IMG/VR virus record: IMGVR_UViG_3300028592_000006
Coordinates: 1-64,000 of that record
Length of the DNA: 64,000 bases
DNA from: a virus
Taxonomy: Duplodnaviria > Heunggongvirae > Uroviricota > Caudoviricetes
Direction: 5' to 3' (one strand)
Every line of letters begins with the position of its first letter. Within the stretch, counting starts at the first letter, position 1. The translations under genes and the position numbers were made by a program. The notes below the pieces were generated by a model. That model was not told the origin of the DNA. It did not search any database and was given only the letters and a program-made list of their open reading frames with translations. This document shows positions 56,301-63,188 of the stretch, one piece after another.

Positions 56301-58349
56301 GATCTGCTCTTTGATTACCTGCTTGCGGGTGTCATCCTTGCCGAACAACGCCTTGCCCACCGACTTGGCATTGCCAGGTGCCGAGCCCATTGCCCCGCCA
56401 ATGGCACCCAGCACACCCGCCTTCACGTAGTCACGCCAGTGATGCTGGATGTTCTTGAAGCCGTCCTCACTCCACGTCTTGGAGTCATCCACCATGATCT
56501 GGATGGCGTCGGAGAGCGCTTCATCAAGCGCCTCCTCCGCTCCTTCCGCAAGGATGTCCGCTCCGGGTCCAAGACCACGCAATCCGGCCTGTGCCGCAGT
56601 CTGCCGCATCGACTTGCCGATGTCCTTGACGAACTGCTTGGTAAGTTCAGGCGACAAGCCGGTAAGCGCATCCTTGGTTGCCTTCATCCCCTTGACTGAA
56701 GCAATCGTGCCACGCATCCGCTGGACCAGGCTGGATTCCAGCTTTCCGCCCTTGGCTCCCAAAAGACGTTCCATGCCCGGTGCCACCTGGTTCATTACAC
56801 CCGTGGCAATGAGGGCTGACAGACCATCACTGACCCCTTGGATGGATGCCGCCTTGTAGGCTTCCTCCTTGCTTCCCGTTGCGTCGAGAACCTGCTTGTA
56901 GGTCCGGCCGAACGACATGCCGCTTGCTTGGGTTGCCCCCAAGTAAGCAGTAGGATCGGTTCCGGCCGCTTTGAGGAAGTTGAGGGTCTTTCCTCCAAGC
57001 GTGGTTGCCGCCTTGGCCCCGCCTTCTGCCGCCGCCGCCTCAGCAAGCGTCAAACCCTTGGCTGCCGCCTGTTCCGCCGCCTTGAGGCCGGCCGACCTGG
57101 TCGCCAGCGAGGTTGCTCCACCAAGCGCAATGAATGACCCGATCTGACCGACCAGCTCGGTCAGGTCACGGCGCTTGATGTCAATGCCGCCGGGAAGAGT
57201 GAAGGCCGTTTGGTTCTTGTATCCCTGCGAGCTTTGTTCCGCCAGTTCACCCCAGATCTGGGCGGGACGTGAAGCGACCTCACCCACCCCATCGACACCT
57301 GGAAGAACATCCAGTCCGGCACCGGCAAGCCACGTCGCACCCGTGCCAATCGCCATCATCGCGTCACGGAACTTGGTCGCCACCTCCGAGCCCACGCCAT
57401 ACGAGTCGCGGCTCATCCGGTCCTTGCGCTGGCGCAGGAAGCTCACCCCGTCGCCACCGGCAGCGGCATGGGCCTCATACTCGTTGTTCAAGGGCCGGTT
57501 GAAGATCGACTCCAGCGGGCCAGCCTCGGCGGCCGAAAACGTGTTGATGATCTCACCGATGTTCGCATCCACCGTGTCATGGTAGCGGTCGAGCATCATG
57601 GCCTTCTGGCCTGCATCGAAATCCGGAAGCTCCATGATGGCCTTCTCCATCTTGTCGATTTCGGCCAGGTTGTAGGGATTCATCACCGGTCGTCCCCCGA
57701 CAATGCGGATCATCTCGTCGTCCCCCATGGTGGAAGGATCGAAGGTCGATTGGGCGAGGTGGTTCAGGAATGCCTTCTTCTCGTTCGGATCAACTCCACG
57801 CTTCTGGCCACCGCCACCGGCAGCGAAGTCAAGGTAGTCCTCGTAGGACAAGCCGGCCTTGTCCGTGCCGGTATCCAGTGCGGTGCGCTCCTTGAGCCAC
57901 TCGTTGAACTGCGGAAAGCGCTCCTCACCCTTCGTCTGCGGGGCATTCATTGCTTCGCTGATCCACGGGGCGGGTTCCAGCTTGTCCTCAAGCTCGTTGT
58001 AAACCAATCCGCCGTTCTCATCCTTGGATGCCAGCTCAAGGACCTGCCGGGCACGCTCGAGGTATTCCTGGCCAGCCTGGTTCAAGCGGCCGGATTGACC
58101 ATGGACACCCACCCCCTCCCTGACCTTCTGTCCGTCACGATAAACATCCCGGTCCACCTTGGCATCCGGGTTGGACAGCATCGAGTCGCGGATGATCGCC
58201 AGCGCCTTGCCTGCCATCTTCCCGCGCTTGTCCGGGTTGTTCGCCCAGTCGTCGGAAAGCACCATGGTTTGCACCTTGGTCATGTCGGGAGCCGTTTCGG
58301 CAGGCTCGTCACCAAGCGGGACCTGGTCCCACGGGAGTTCTTCGTTCAT
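44391..58349 (-). CDS. Giant virion-module protein, 4,652 aa (function unknown; candidate internal/ejection or polyvalent protein)
   Basis: Single uninterrupted 13,959-nt ORF with protein-like composition; N-terminal ~900 aa Ala/Gly-rich, acidic T/P/E-rich linker, no P-loop or DxDGD seen; antisense ORFs 46686-51059 and 51405-55079 are R/L/H/G-rich artefacts. Confidence 0.85.
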   Translation of the reverse strand: MNEELPWDQVPLGDEPAETAPDMTKVQTMVLSDDWANNPDKRGKMAGKALAIIRDSMLSNPDAKVDRDVYRDGQKVREGVGVHGQSGRLNQAGQEYLERARQVLELASKDENGGLVYNELEDKLEPAPWISEAMNAPQTKGEERFPQFNEWLKERTALDTGTDKAGLSYEDYLDFAAGGGGQKRGVDPNEKKAFLNHLAQSTFDPSTMGDDEMIRIVGGRPVMNPYNLAEIDKMEKAIMELPDFDAGQKAMMLDRYHDTVDANIGEIINTFSAAEAGPLESIFNRPLNNEYEAHAAAGGDGVSFLRQRKDRMSRDSYGVGSEVATKFRDAMMAIGTGATWLAGAGLDVLPGVDGVGEVASRPAQIWGELAEQSSQGYKNQTAFTLPGGIDIKRRDLTELVGQIGSFIALGGATSLATRSAGLKAAEQAAAKGLTLAEAAAAEGGAKAATTLGGKTLNFLKAAGTDPTAYLGATQASGMSFGRTYKQVLDATGSKEEAYKAASIQGVSDGLSALIATGVMNQVAPGMERLLGAKGGKLESSLVQRMRGTIASVKGMKATKDALTGLSPELTKQFVKDIGKSMRQTAAQAGLRGLGPGADILAEGAEEALDEALSDAIQIMVDDSKTWSEDGFKNIQHHWRDYVKAGVLGAIGGAMGSAPGNAKSVGKALFGKDDTRKQVIKEQITDQWKSIVANVDQFQDHNKLANVAGEQAVRVAEVLADPKMSVQEKSRILTAAARNGLQVDIGAQDGSGGLDGTGVAPDTKEGQSSATGTTEGQEKATPGAVLDEMGYKPSAGKEWRTDVKLEEDKPVRVSPGVQITPITIDGRSHAGAKLTTVNPDGTTTERHIGAEEAAKLTVAHNFLSERFADAATDDSLPGADPFYDDWAKETEPAKEPSTKETKAESKTNESNTTPATKPAATTGDAAARTVATDEPGTGAKPAGDGSSGNKAGTGVSDVAPGSGEDSKGTGSATEGEAETEAVEEEEPSKPTLRADSGSKAERDSVVRGIRDILDEKELPELEEADLPESAKLSQNKERYKSDEGVWLDTRTGQIGISPAYLDEVMADDSIEDKEEHIASKVEKLAKGKSIKLQASGKPVEEKPAPSKVPKYFVRKANLEEGKEDDRGGTWSKKEEKPGEVPLIVEGAQSFIYTPAKGKGLPLGVGDIISIEGDPDNVLVLHKVENGQYEFFKFNLEAKFSVDPESKSRLNGSNAMWHKTRLIQMAKDLTDKEGLETLLRGDEKSAVKELKKLIKAVMKEVAPDASDPVEMQIDDEENISTSEHFMQVAFREVEVPVSQFPDGKPQGKATRKEMRPVMEVDYKRTLAVLRSLVGDAPLNPRTRLLAALEAARLLSNWVDEEQIHLLTVDQEKFKPRELEKMITAVAGDTKHPFHDIFRETVKERLSHREPTFDRKNPKAIKSDEETMLIAHEFIRKLHQLRTTGSYSEQANADARRLIRSMQEDTGKDGKGTRLMKTIGELVRRYTERVRKILAMRFFRSKLDPKHLELLDRLNQFYNDANLRGDVDQMREKVTQTMEHRLRTFTGKGEDEIRAVAKKHSEALMQIRDLREIFPAAGMDEIVVVNDNLEMSIHPEIAKWLEGRKEYDVEAMNKALDALNDEDAFQKMWADAYIARQVVEAKEEELEFDPNEYFNWLRGDKFDPAGLMGFILQGAPRDVSKPVLRNAREELARVNDSINRMETMLVTGALRDLQSQDVSRPRGRVALIRAAAKLGVTVDPDGFIDTENYPTFDAFKDAVVNAARVHLFNNPLTDSLVEGQEGHKEFKELVKQRINLTNNITELEKAAKLKPTDDPVSVERYRKFSEYLKAVNDYNARLRSMTDRAIGSFDDYKTENYGLGWQDTRATGEPTGVFEFRERNVPEAVEAGDAFGHDYHEGHLPPGKPGTGYQRNPNKLDDSKVHELIEAHKRAIESNAAYTGRYGRMLFYLADQMHRLPASFDRDLYHAGAGFNLEGTLNEYEQIDYESPRMAFPQFPGMDEMFDIDRRFEKGEAINLGGINNLIKVIDMAEKWIAHIAQRANPDEIIAEMDGRQSPAARANLLLQPRLEGLSKVVVEMKQHLFGQMGQFFETVEAESFADRFARDEQGNLKFKGGISNVLTAFNQRLAPAAGSSHVMGLVNSLRATNAAVSLTRRMVKEFNNANWQRNVEQEAIRTIRDGAYRPDHEEMLQLRDSMLDIPTIHSLEFSLNYMATNASPYMVGSLYASDLLEDLRKLQKGREEMKIANRVKRVNVRMTEQERFDLAEAGDSRAGRAFYQETFIKPVDSGFDERFEPVIPQSYNDLDPDNRPQNRPDTGEHGVTLPDFENDKVTDASTAKDFALRNENDKGMKIWLSKALTFIGFRSHFPEGNIEDSREFTRMVMTKHLSGTGEIPDIVVRGLMGVFPGSNEEGEAFQLLAQEFYDKNPRWSLSRFSSAGSFDPESFLADLLEFKKEKEDKRVEEFRRNAGEQIVIAQDAVMASDLPQDEKDQLARVFKRGMDEGKLGVQDSRFLSEYDIFLGDNPSVSLLLTNMLGRTLVVFPTDKEQWMGQSQVGLRVIPGKDGQPNIVWAPQDSASREEQAAAIHRVLMSYGDDPTARAQVESLAGIIRETFAPAFDVETMEKELGDPLRDVTKEYINVGKTLKIPHFKEYVAKLRESEQKFFVQRALEKFQRISRNEELMSPVNFTEGYGSDVLLVANLLTNPQYKAAFDEVYLGPDEAEESGLSDQAVDALSIAVRRLREVAADYAPYELDDATDANLEDMHEQVLRSFDKEDSDDLEQDTVDEDRLKDPYQLALDQVAIRLGEQESEDFEYPVEDVEVSGEKLQVAQATTREFMREKARARKEDKKDPYNEVLPPSDMVVFNHLARALERAKAVNDLLPRVESPMIPANRKSLKGQVRTRHEILDREPPGSPAGPIFQARNRPIAEDPTLLLVGEANRLNIPNVGGTTTMTLKMNMVRRGMEQSAWLSKVPSVDSKAGLALVDAIRQAQRKNPNSTKVPMAHVEVVLDDALLGEAESLIPNLPMYRQQVMDALRGQDEAQWALEKEMEQAQEVLNKPLRLTAERVLEVEDLQNTVLKEQLAALVGDLARSISTRTHDRAAYETRLANHQIQKRLENEFGKLMPQASYRLNELYRLIRDRDAARARFDVNAETDAVQAMERHIRWFDKSARFINAIVNDTVNDRLKKLGLKDVKVRQHVPLIEGDADTLDFEELQQQHKRLEAGLDPQSFMKPLMDQALEEFTAELAGGLGVALKGKEKGQEREHREKLTAFLKAAQGMTDTDIYNNLDTLIGRMEQGGVMDALIGSLALSTEEGRQIAELKLMTGKELAERDNANWQLENARKKLENMQAQRALQFDTGGRTMLGKYRRVSGIKGADGKNLSGNIQIELIDPAHETFPGMRPRDIAENARAYNNDPNAQRDYYVRREALRMALTEIANDRVDDHYRRIRGTTDTLNGFNPMLMVQEAVRRTEVEDAIVRSRFDQASEVEQQKLRGMTAEAIAFATNGETMAFTKGKDRIKRLRLPSNYRARRDLIGKVFDENDVDGSKIVLLPIDAKQRLMQAFPGRITARNVNRKLENLVLRAFNPVGGPFQASQGRPSFMDNAAEPTGNWMGTGFKLTDGKTMSIVEAGKLFSGEFKKGLEEFVVSKRTNKKLDGDNTRKAMEFYGSLVEKLVHAHGLPEMFDEKTGKPKELRNEIDAVLKAIEDGSFAASEDAMQKFNLIDLFARVFAELEAEQVMAKLVSGLSVQDGTVNQALLRYAHGQDGRMRSRFIKSALARETAMHLLAFIQHGFDGNTGRAGHQAAHKEAQEHIAKEAKKVGRHAKDHAMAYLVAQLDGLSDASGYSINEALTKWYQGLSKGMRDLASLDKLQAQAFSRFGQRFLNANHLDLIRDLPLAKEVVKIIRDSGAMADYGTAIYENQNTTQEEAQAIAARKVIAGLREAFLKETSDGKRDAVENMAKVIREQLGDAYNATAVHRAMLSKPVETPLGGEQHNEWKHDGMTPSPKTYGSVPLRMAYAANPTKRDHRVTKEGKWIPDPADVVSMKNSPFYGGYGRHEKNPADASVLRPISLNGLSAPFNILEDSLYRANVSANYDVIRRMLGRIKSPNGVPVVDPMEASIFTPQMQLRPAYSQDMRKFQVAIAAVTGEVENLLFNDSQIGVVNTGFAEATRFLSSVFIVRALASAQQMWNQTFPPSVFFPIKKLVIGEWQTASDFLHILPRLISSRFTDRTFYDKVNAFTKEVSVYVNFRGVDGQDVARNELKHQLRFGVGKGKAWAGKILKEYENIGEAALNLTIGKGEKVISRAIFLAELLGEMRRSGSPHTPADVDGLLELNSRQIPIAATQMATMKVNDMMGQSDMSKKAMPFQSHSDSPVWSSLLKSLVRFSNHTATTASNLTALLPGLMTTDPDTDPDPNRTRKDAIENMVGTLGQNILFQFGKVHTMVPLLLMAFYMLGGDDEEKAAKKAQKKANDLLAAQKDSNPFVAALKDLLVGPQKELFQSWKDKDASLASAKAELASRVGMELLQAMPVAGVLAGYSPITGMIKPIMNDAAVSAASLTSGVKPAEAWYERDKVGVREHRPNAVEAAANLTAPTSVAYDAVDAAVLAGRSVGEAKPLDIAAYLVSEVLPFLRDYRSARRRDLLKQLPKD

Positions 58350-58410
58350 GATGTGAGAAGGGAGCTTGTCACCCCCTGTTGGTTAAACAAAGGGGCACAA
58401 TGCCCCCAAA

Positions 58411-59811
58411 TCACTCGTCCAGCAGGTTCACGCCGTTGGTGCCCTTGCTGGCAGGGTTCGGTTGGATCACCTCAAGGATGCTGTCCACGGTGGACTGGAT
58501 CTTGGTCGGGTCCTCTGCGAATTCCTCGGCGTCGAAATCCTTGCTTTGCACCAGCGCCATCATCACCGCCTTGCGCATGTCCTGGGCATTCTTGCTCGGC
58601 AACGACTTCAGGATCTCGATCTGGGCCTTGGTCTTGGCTTCCGTGAGGGCCTTGCCCTTGAGGGTTGCCATGGCGTTCTTCAGATCCGCCACCTTCTTCT
58701 GGAGGTCCACGGAATCTTTCTGGTTCTGCAACGATGTGGAGCGGCGTTCCATCTCGGAATCGACCATCCCGCCAATCGTGTGGGCATCCATGCCGATGAC
58801 CGCCAGCTCGTCCTTGAGCTTGCCCATCTGCGATGGGTCCTTCGACTGCGCCATCTCCAACAGTCGGGGAAGGTCGTCGGCCAGGCGCTGGGACACGGTG
58901 CCAATGGTGTTGTTCATCGTGTGGGCGCTCTTGGCCAGCGCAAGGGTCTTGCCAAGCTCGCGGGTGACGGCCGGGTTTTTCTCCTTGGCTGCAAGGGCGG
59001 AGGCCGCAGCAAGCTGCGCGTTGAACTGGTCCGGTGGCAACGAGGGGTCGAGGTTGACGTTGTTCTTGCGCAGCCAGCTCATCTCCTTTGATCCTTCAAG
59101 CTCACTCATGTAAGTGGGAAGCATCGTCTTGCCACGCGACAATGATCCGATGAAGCCAGCCAACCCTTTCATCAGGCCGGCATTGGCAGGGTCCTCGGAC
59201 AGGTTGCGGGCGAGCATGACCAATCCCTTTTGCGAAGCACCATCAAGGTTGGAGCCACCGATGAAACGTCCGAGCAACTCGGTGTTGGCGAAGTCACCGG
59301 CATCGTCCGCAGCCTGCCATGCACTGCGCTCGCGCTTCACCTTGTCCAATCCTTGCAAGGTGGATTCAAGGGCGAGCTTTTGGCGTTGCTCACGGGTTTT
59401 TTCTTCAAAGTCCAGATCACGCTCGTCACCAGCCAGCTCCTTCGCCTTCACCCGGTTGGTGGCAGAACCAAGCACGTAGTCATCTCCAGCCTGAAGGGCT
59501 CCCATTGCCTCCTTGACCCGCTGGTTGTTCAACCACGCAGGGTTGTTCACCATGTCGTCGCGCAAAGCCGTGGAACGGGCTTCAGGGGTCATTCCTGCCG
59601 TCCCCTTCATGCGCTCCGAGAAAGCATCGAACTCGTCGGCCTCGGCAAAGGCGGCTTGTTCCTCACGGTCCAAGGCACGCAACGCATAGTCCTGCCGCTC
59701 GATGCCACGGCGCATGTCCATCAACTGTCCGAGCTGCATCATTTCCGGCAGCATGGCCATGTCGGCACGGCCTGCGGAAAACGAGTCGATGGGAGCGGAG
59801 TAAGTGGGCAT
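58411..59811 (-). CDS. Hypothetical virion-module protein (466 aa)
   Basis: Co-oriented and immediately upstream of the giant ORF; Ala/Lys/Glu-rich. Confidence 0.6.
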   Translation of the reverse strand: MPTYSAPIDSFSAGRADMAMLPEMMQLGQLMDMRRGIERQDYALRALDREEQAAFAEADEFDAFSERMKGTAGMTPEARSTALRDDMVNNPAWLNNQRVKEAMGALQAGDDYVLGSATNRVKAKELAGDERDLDFEEKTREQRQKLALESTLQGLDKVKRERSAWQAADDAGDFANTELLGRFIGGSNLDGASQKGLVMLARNLSEDPANAGLMKGLAGFIGSLSRGKTMLPTYMSELEGSKEMSWLRKNNVNLDPSLPPDQFNAQLAAASALAAKEKNPAVTRELGKTLALAKSAHTMNNTIGTVSQRLADDLPRLLEMAQSKDPSQMGKLKDELAVIGMDAHTIGGMVDSEMERRSTSLQNQKDSVDLQKKVADLKNAMATLKGKALTEAKTKAQIEILKSLPSKNAQDMRKAVMMALVQSKDFDAEEFAEDPTKIQSTVDSILEVIQPNPASKGTNGVNLLDE

Positions 59812-59830
59812 GGACGTTAGTTGAAGCTAA

Positions 59831-61204
59831 TTAGCGGGCAAGCAGGTTGGCTGCCTGCTTCTCAAGGTTGTCGGCAGCGGCAAACCGGGACTTGGCATCC
59901 TTGCGGAGAGCAAGCTCCTGGTCGTAGGCCGCAGCCAATGCCGGATCGTTTTTAGTCAGCGAGGTAATGTCAACCCGGCCCTTGATGGCTTCATTGATAA
60001 TGATCTGCCGCTCGCGTTGCTTCTGTTCCGGGGACTTCAGGCTGTAAGGGTTTCCGAACTCGCGTGCAGCTTGCTTGGCTGCGCTGTCGCGAATCCCCAC
60101 GCTTACCTTGTCGCCATATTCCTTTTCGTCGGCTTGACGCTGCTTTTCGATTTCATTCCGAATGAAACGACGACTCTCGACAAGCCGTCCGAGACGGGCG
60201 GACTCCTCCGGGGTGGCCTCGAATGGAATCTGGTTCTTCTCGTTGTCGGCAAGCAGGGAGGCAATCTCACTCCGGGACTTGTCCACCGATGCCATGCCAG
60301 AGGAAATCTGCTGTCCCAGATCTTCCGCCTTCGACTTGATGCCCATTGCCATCTTCATCAGGTCGGAGGGCTCATCAGTGCCGCTTGAGCCAAATGCTTC
60401 GGCCACCTTGTCCAATTCGGCTTGCTCGGCCTTGTCTCGTGCCATGGCTTCCGGAGTCGCCTCCTTGCCTTGGGAGTGTGCAATCAACTGGTCCTTGCTG
60501 ATGCCGAACTTCGCCCCGCGGGTGGCAGCACGCTCCAATGCGTCGGCATCCCCGCTCTTGAACAAATCCGAGCGGTTCAGGTCGTAGATGAACTTCTGGC
60601 GGTTGTCAGCCATGCCTGCCATCCAGCCGGGCTGGGCGGGTCCGTTCACCGGTCCATCACTCACACCGAGCTGCTCACGGGAGCGCACGGCACGATCCGC
60701 CTCGCTGTCGAGGTTGTGCTTGGGATCAATGGAACGGCCGTAGCCGGCACCGGCAGAAGCACGTGGATTCAGGGTGCGGGTAGCAGCTTCAATTTGCTGG
60801 CCCGCAGAGGGCATCACAGGGCCTTCGGCACCTTGATCTGGACGTGCACCCATCCCAACCGGGGAAACGCCTCCACGGCCCGTCATGGCGTCAATCTCGC
60901 GGCCTACCTGTGCTCCGGCCTGGCGTTGGGTTTCGGCACGGCGGAATGCTTCGGCGTCATTCTCCTCGGCGGAGGCAATGCCACCCTTGCCGATGCGGGA
61001 TAGCCCCATCGAATCCATCTGGTTGCCCAGCGCGCTGATCGCCTGGATGTCACCATGACGGACTGCGCGGCGGAATTGCCGCTGCATCGAACGCTCCACA
61101 CCCATCCGCTGGCGCTGGTCACTCGCCGCACGGCGCGAAGCATCAATGGCGCGGGAGTTGGCCAGCGTGCGGTCGTCCAGTCGTGATTGTGGTTCGTAGG
61201 CCAT
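59831..61204 (-). CDS. Hypothetical virion-module protein (457 aa)
   Basis: Long ORF in the minus-strand module. Confidence 0.6.
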   Translation of the reverse strand: MAYEPQSRLDDRTLANSRAIDASRRAASDQRQRMGVERSMQRQFRRAVRHGDIQAISALGNQMDSMGLSRIGKGGIASAEENDAEAFRRAETQRQAGAQVGREIDAMTGRGGVSPVGMGARPDQGAEGPVMPSAGQQIEAATRTLNPRASAGAGYGRSIDPKHNLDSEADRAVRSREQLGVSDGPVNGPAQPGWMAGMADNRQKFIYDLNRSDLFKSGDADALERAATRGAKFGISKDQLIAHSQGKEATPEAMARDKAEQAELDKVAEAFGSSGTDEPSDLMKMAMGIKSKAEDLGQQISSGMASVDKSRSEIASLLADNEKNQIPFEATPEESARLGRLVESRRFIRNEIEKQRQADEKEYGDKVSVGIRDSAAKQAAREFGNPYSLKSPEQKQRERQIIINEAIKGRVDITSLTKNDPALAAAYDQELALRKDAKSRFAAADNLEKQAANLLAR

Positions 61205-61248
61205 GGTTACATGAATGAGAATTTATTCGAATGCGGTGACGCGAAGCT

Positions 61249-62193
61249 TCACATGAATTGGCTGGGCTTCCGGCGCAGCGAGGATTCAAAATTGACGTGG
61301 TTCTTCTTCGGCCCGCTGGTCTGCTTTTCCTTGCGCTGCATTGCTGCCTCGAACTTCTGCCAGTTCATCAGCGCCCGCTCGTCGTCGGAGACGTATTCCT
61401 GGCACACTGCGAGGATGGCATACTTGAGAGCACGGGCGGATGCGATCTTGATCACGGTGTCGTTCTCGAGCTCGGGAGCTTCCAGCTTGATTAGGGCGTA
61501 GTAGGGGCCGGTGGAAGGGCTCCATCCCAGCGGACAGCGATACTTCCGGACATAGTCCTCATTGAGGGTCAGCACCGGGTCGCCTGTTTCTGACCCACCA
61601 GGCAACCACTCCGTGACGAGGTCGGGCGTTTCCACGTCCTCATTGGAAACCCACATGGGAGTGCTCTCCTCCCCATTCATCATCATGAACCAACTTCCAC
61701 TCGACCAGTAGATGATCACCCAGTTTTCCTCCGAGTTCTCCTGAAGACCATCGGTGGACCACGCCTCTTTCCCGTTGATCGTCCCGACTGAAACAAGCTC
61801 CCCGTTCATTTCCTCCGGGTCGGTGATACCGCTGACCACCAAACTCCCATTCCGAGTGATGGTCCCGTAGTCGATGAACTCCATGTCACCGGCATTCACC
61901 CCGTCCTTGTAGAGGGCGGTGTGATCCATGATGCCCCAGCCCCGGTGGTCACAGCGGAAGCCAATCACCCCGTCGTAGGTCGATTCATCCAGATAGACGA
62001 AGTAGCAGTTCAGATCGGTGTCTTCGATGAAGTCGTCCTCGGACAGCACGATTTCGGTGGTGGTGCCAATGTAGCGGCCGGTCTCGTAGATCGCATCCAC
62101 AGCCTCCTGCACCGCATCCTCGATGGAAATGCCCGTGGTCGCCAGATTGGCAAACCGGGTGCAGACCTGAGCGTATGTAAGGAATTTCGCCAT
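61249..62193 (-). CDS. Hypothetical structural protein (314 aa)
   Basis: Long ORF in the minus-strand module. Confidence 0.6.
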   Translation of the reverse strand: MAKFLTYAQVCTRFANLATTGISIEDAVQEAVDAIYETGRYIGTTTEIVLSEDDFIEDTDLNCYFVYLDESTYDGVIGFRCDHRGWGIMDHTALYKDGVNAGDMEFIDYGTITRNGSLVVSGITDPEEMNGELVSVGTINGKEAWSTDGLQENSEENWVIIYWSSGSWFMMMNGEESTPMWVSNEDVETPDLVTEWLPGGSETGDPVLTLNEDYVRKYRCPLGWSPSTGPYYALIKLEAPELENDTVIKIASARALKYAILAVCQEYVSDDERALMNWQKFEAAMQRKEKQTSGPKKNHVNFESSLRRKPSQFM

Positions 62194-62252
62194 CGTGGTG
62201 GGGTGATAATGCCGGAGCTAAGGAAAACCTCAAGATTTAGGTTTCAGGACGA

Positions 62253-63188
62253 TCAAGGGGTAACTGGGGTGAAGATGTTGATGTCGAAGAAATTAGAGGT
62301 GCCGGTTCCTGGCGGGCTGTTGAAGTAGATTCCCTCCGGGCGGAAATACAGGGTCTTCTGGAGGACCAGGCTGTCGTAGGTGATTGTTTCCCCGGTGAAG
62401 TCCACGTGGCAATCCGCGGTGTAGAGCCGAACGTCAAAGCTGTCGCAGGCAAATCCTGATCCAGTCGCTTCAACCGTAACATCGTCAGTCCCCTGGGTGA
62501 TGGTGATGCCGGTCCCTGCCAACAGGCTTCGAAGCAGCAGCTTTCCGCTGGTTGCCTCCCATTGCTGGACCAGCTTGGCTCCACTGCCCTTGTGCTCCAC
62601 GGGAAAGCGGTCCTGGGGGATTTCCAAGGCACCCTGATGGTGCTGCCGCACTGTCACAACAGTGCCGGCAATGGTGACGGTGGCCACCTTGAAGTAGTAT
62701 TCACCATCTGTTCCTCCTGCTCCGTCAACCTTGGGGACATGACGGACAGTATCGGGAATTCCCCCAATGCCCATCTCTGCGGCTGTCACCCGTCCGTTTT
62801 CGTCGGTTGATGCATGGACGTAGATGGTATCCCCGCTGGCGACGGTTTCCCAGGTGTTTGTGCCGTCGATTTCGGTGTAGATCCGCACCGGTGTCTCGGT
62901 GGATTCAAGGTCGGTGTGGACCACGAAGGCTGGCTTCACCCTTACCTCGTAGTTGGCTCCATTCTTCCTGACCTCCACCTCAAGGTCATCCTCGATGCCT
63001 GCTTTGGTTTGCTCCTTGGTCAGCGATCCATGTGTCCCATTGACGTGTGATCGTGAAGGCACCGGTGCCGGCTGGTGGGCCGGCTGGTTGACCTGCTGGG
63101 CTGCCCGGATACCCAGCGGCTGGGCTTCTGGCAACGGGGTCGGGATGACATCCCGCAGTGTCTTTCCTTGTTCGTCAGGAGTCGCCAT
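62253..63188 (-). CDS. Putative tail fiber/receptor-binding-like protein (311 aa)
   Basis: Gly/Thr-rich beta-type composition (GTDDVTVEATGSG, TGTSNFFDINIFTP). Confidence 0.5.
   Translation of the reverse strand: MATPDEQGKTLRDVIPTPLPEAQPLGIRAAQQVNQPAHQPAPVPSRSHVNGTHGSLTKEQTKAGIEDDLEVEVRKNGANYEVRVKPAFVVHTDLESTETPVRIYTEIDGTNTWETVASGDTIYVHASTDENGRVTAAEMGIGGIPDTVRHVPKVDGAGGTDGEYYFKVATVTIAGTVVTVRQHHQGALEIPQDRFPVEHKGSGAKLVQQWEATSGKLLLRSLLAGTGITITQGTDDVTVEATGSGFACDSFDVRLYTADCHVDFTGETITYDSLVLQKTLYFRPEGIYFNSPPGTGTSNFFDINIFTPVTP

Noticed and set aside
44391-58349. Virion RNA polymerase assignment for the giant ORF
   Set aside because: I could not find DxDGD, T7-like motif A/C, or the RxxxKx6-7YG spacing (only an isolated YGS). 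This stays open pending profile searches.
44391-58349. Tape-measure protein assignment for the giant ORF
   Set aside because: At 4,652 aa the implied tail length would be implausible, and the tail genes present look podovirus-like or short. The gene is also last in the module rather than between tail assembly chaperones and distal tail genes.
57468-59113. Plus-strand ORFs of 392 and 244 aa overlapping the giant-ORF start and gene 58411-59811
   Set aside because: Antisense-type composition. The minus-strand genes are co-linear with the structural operon.
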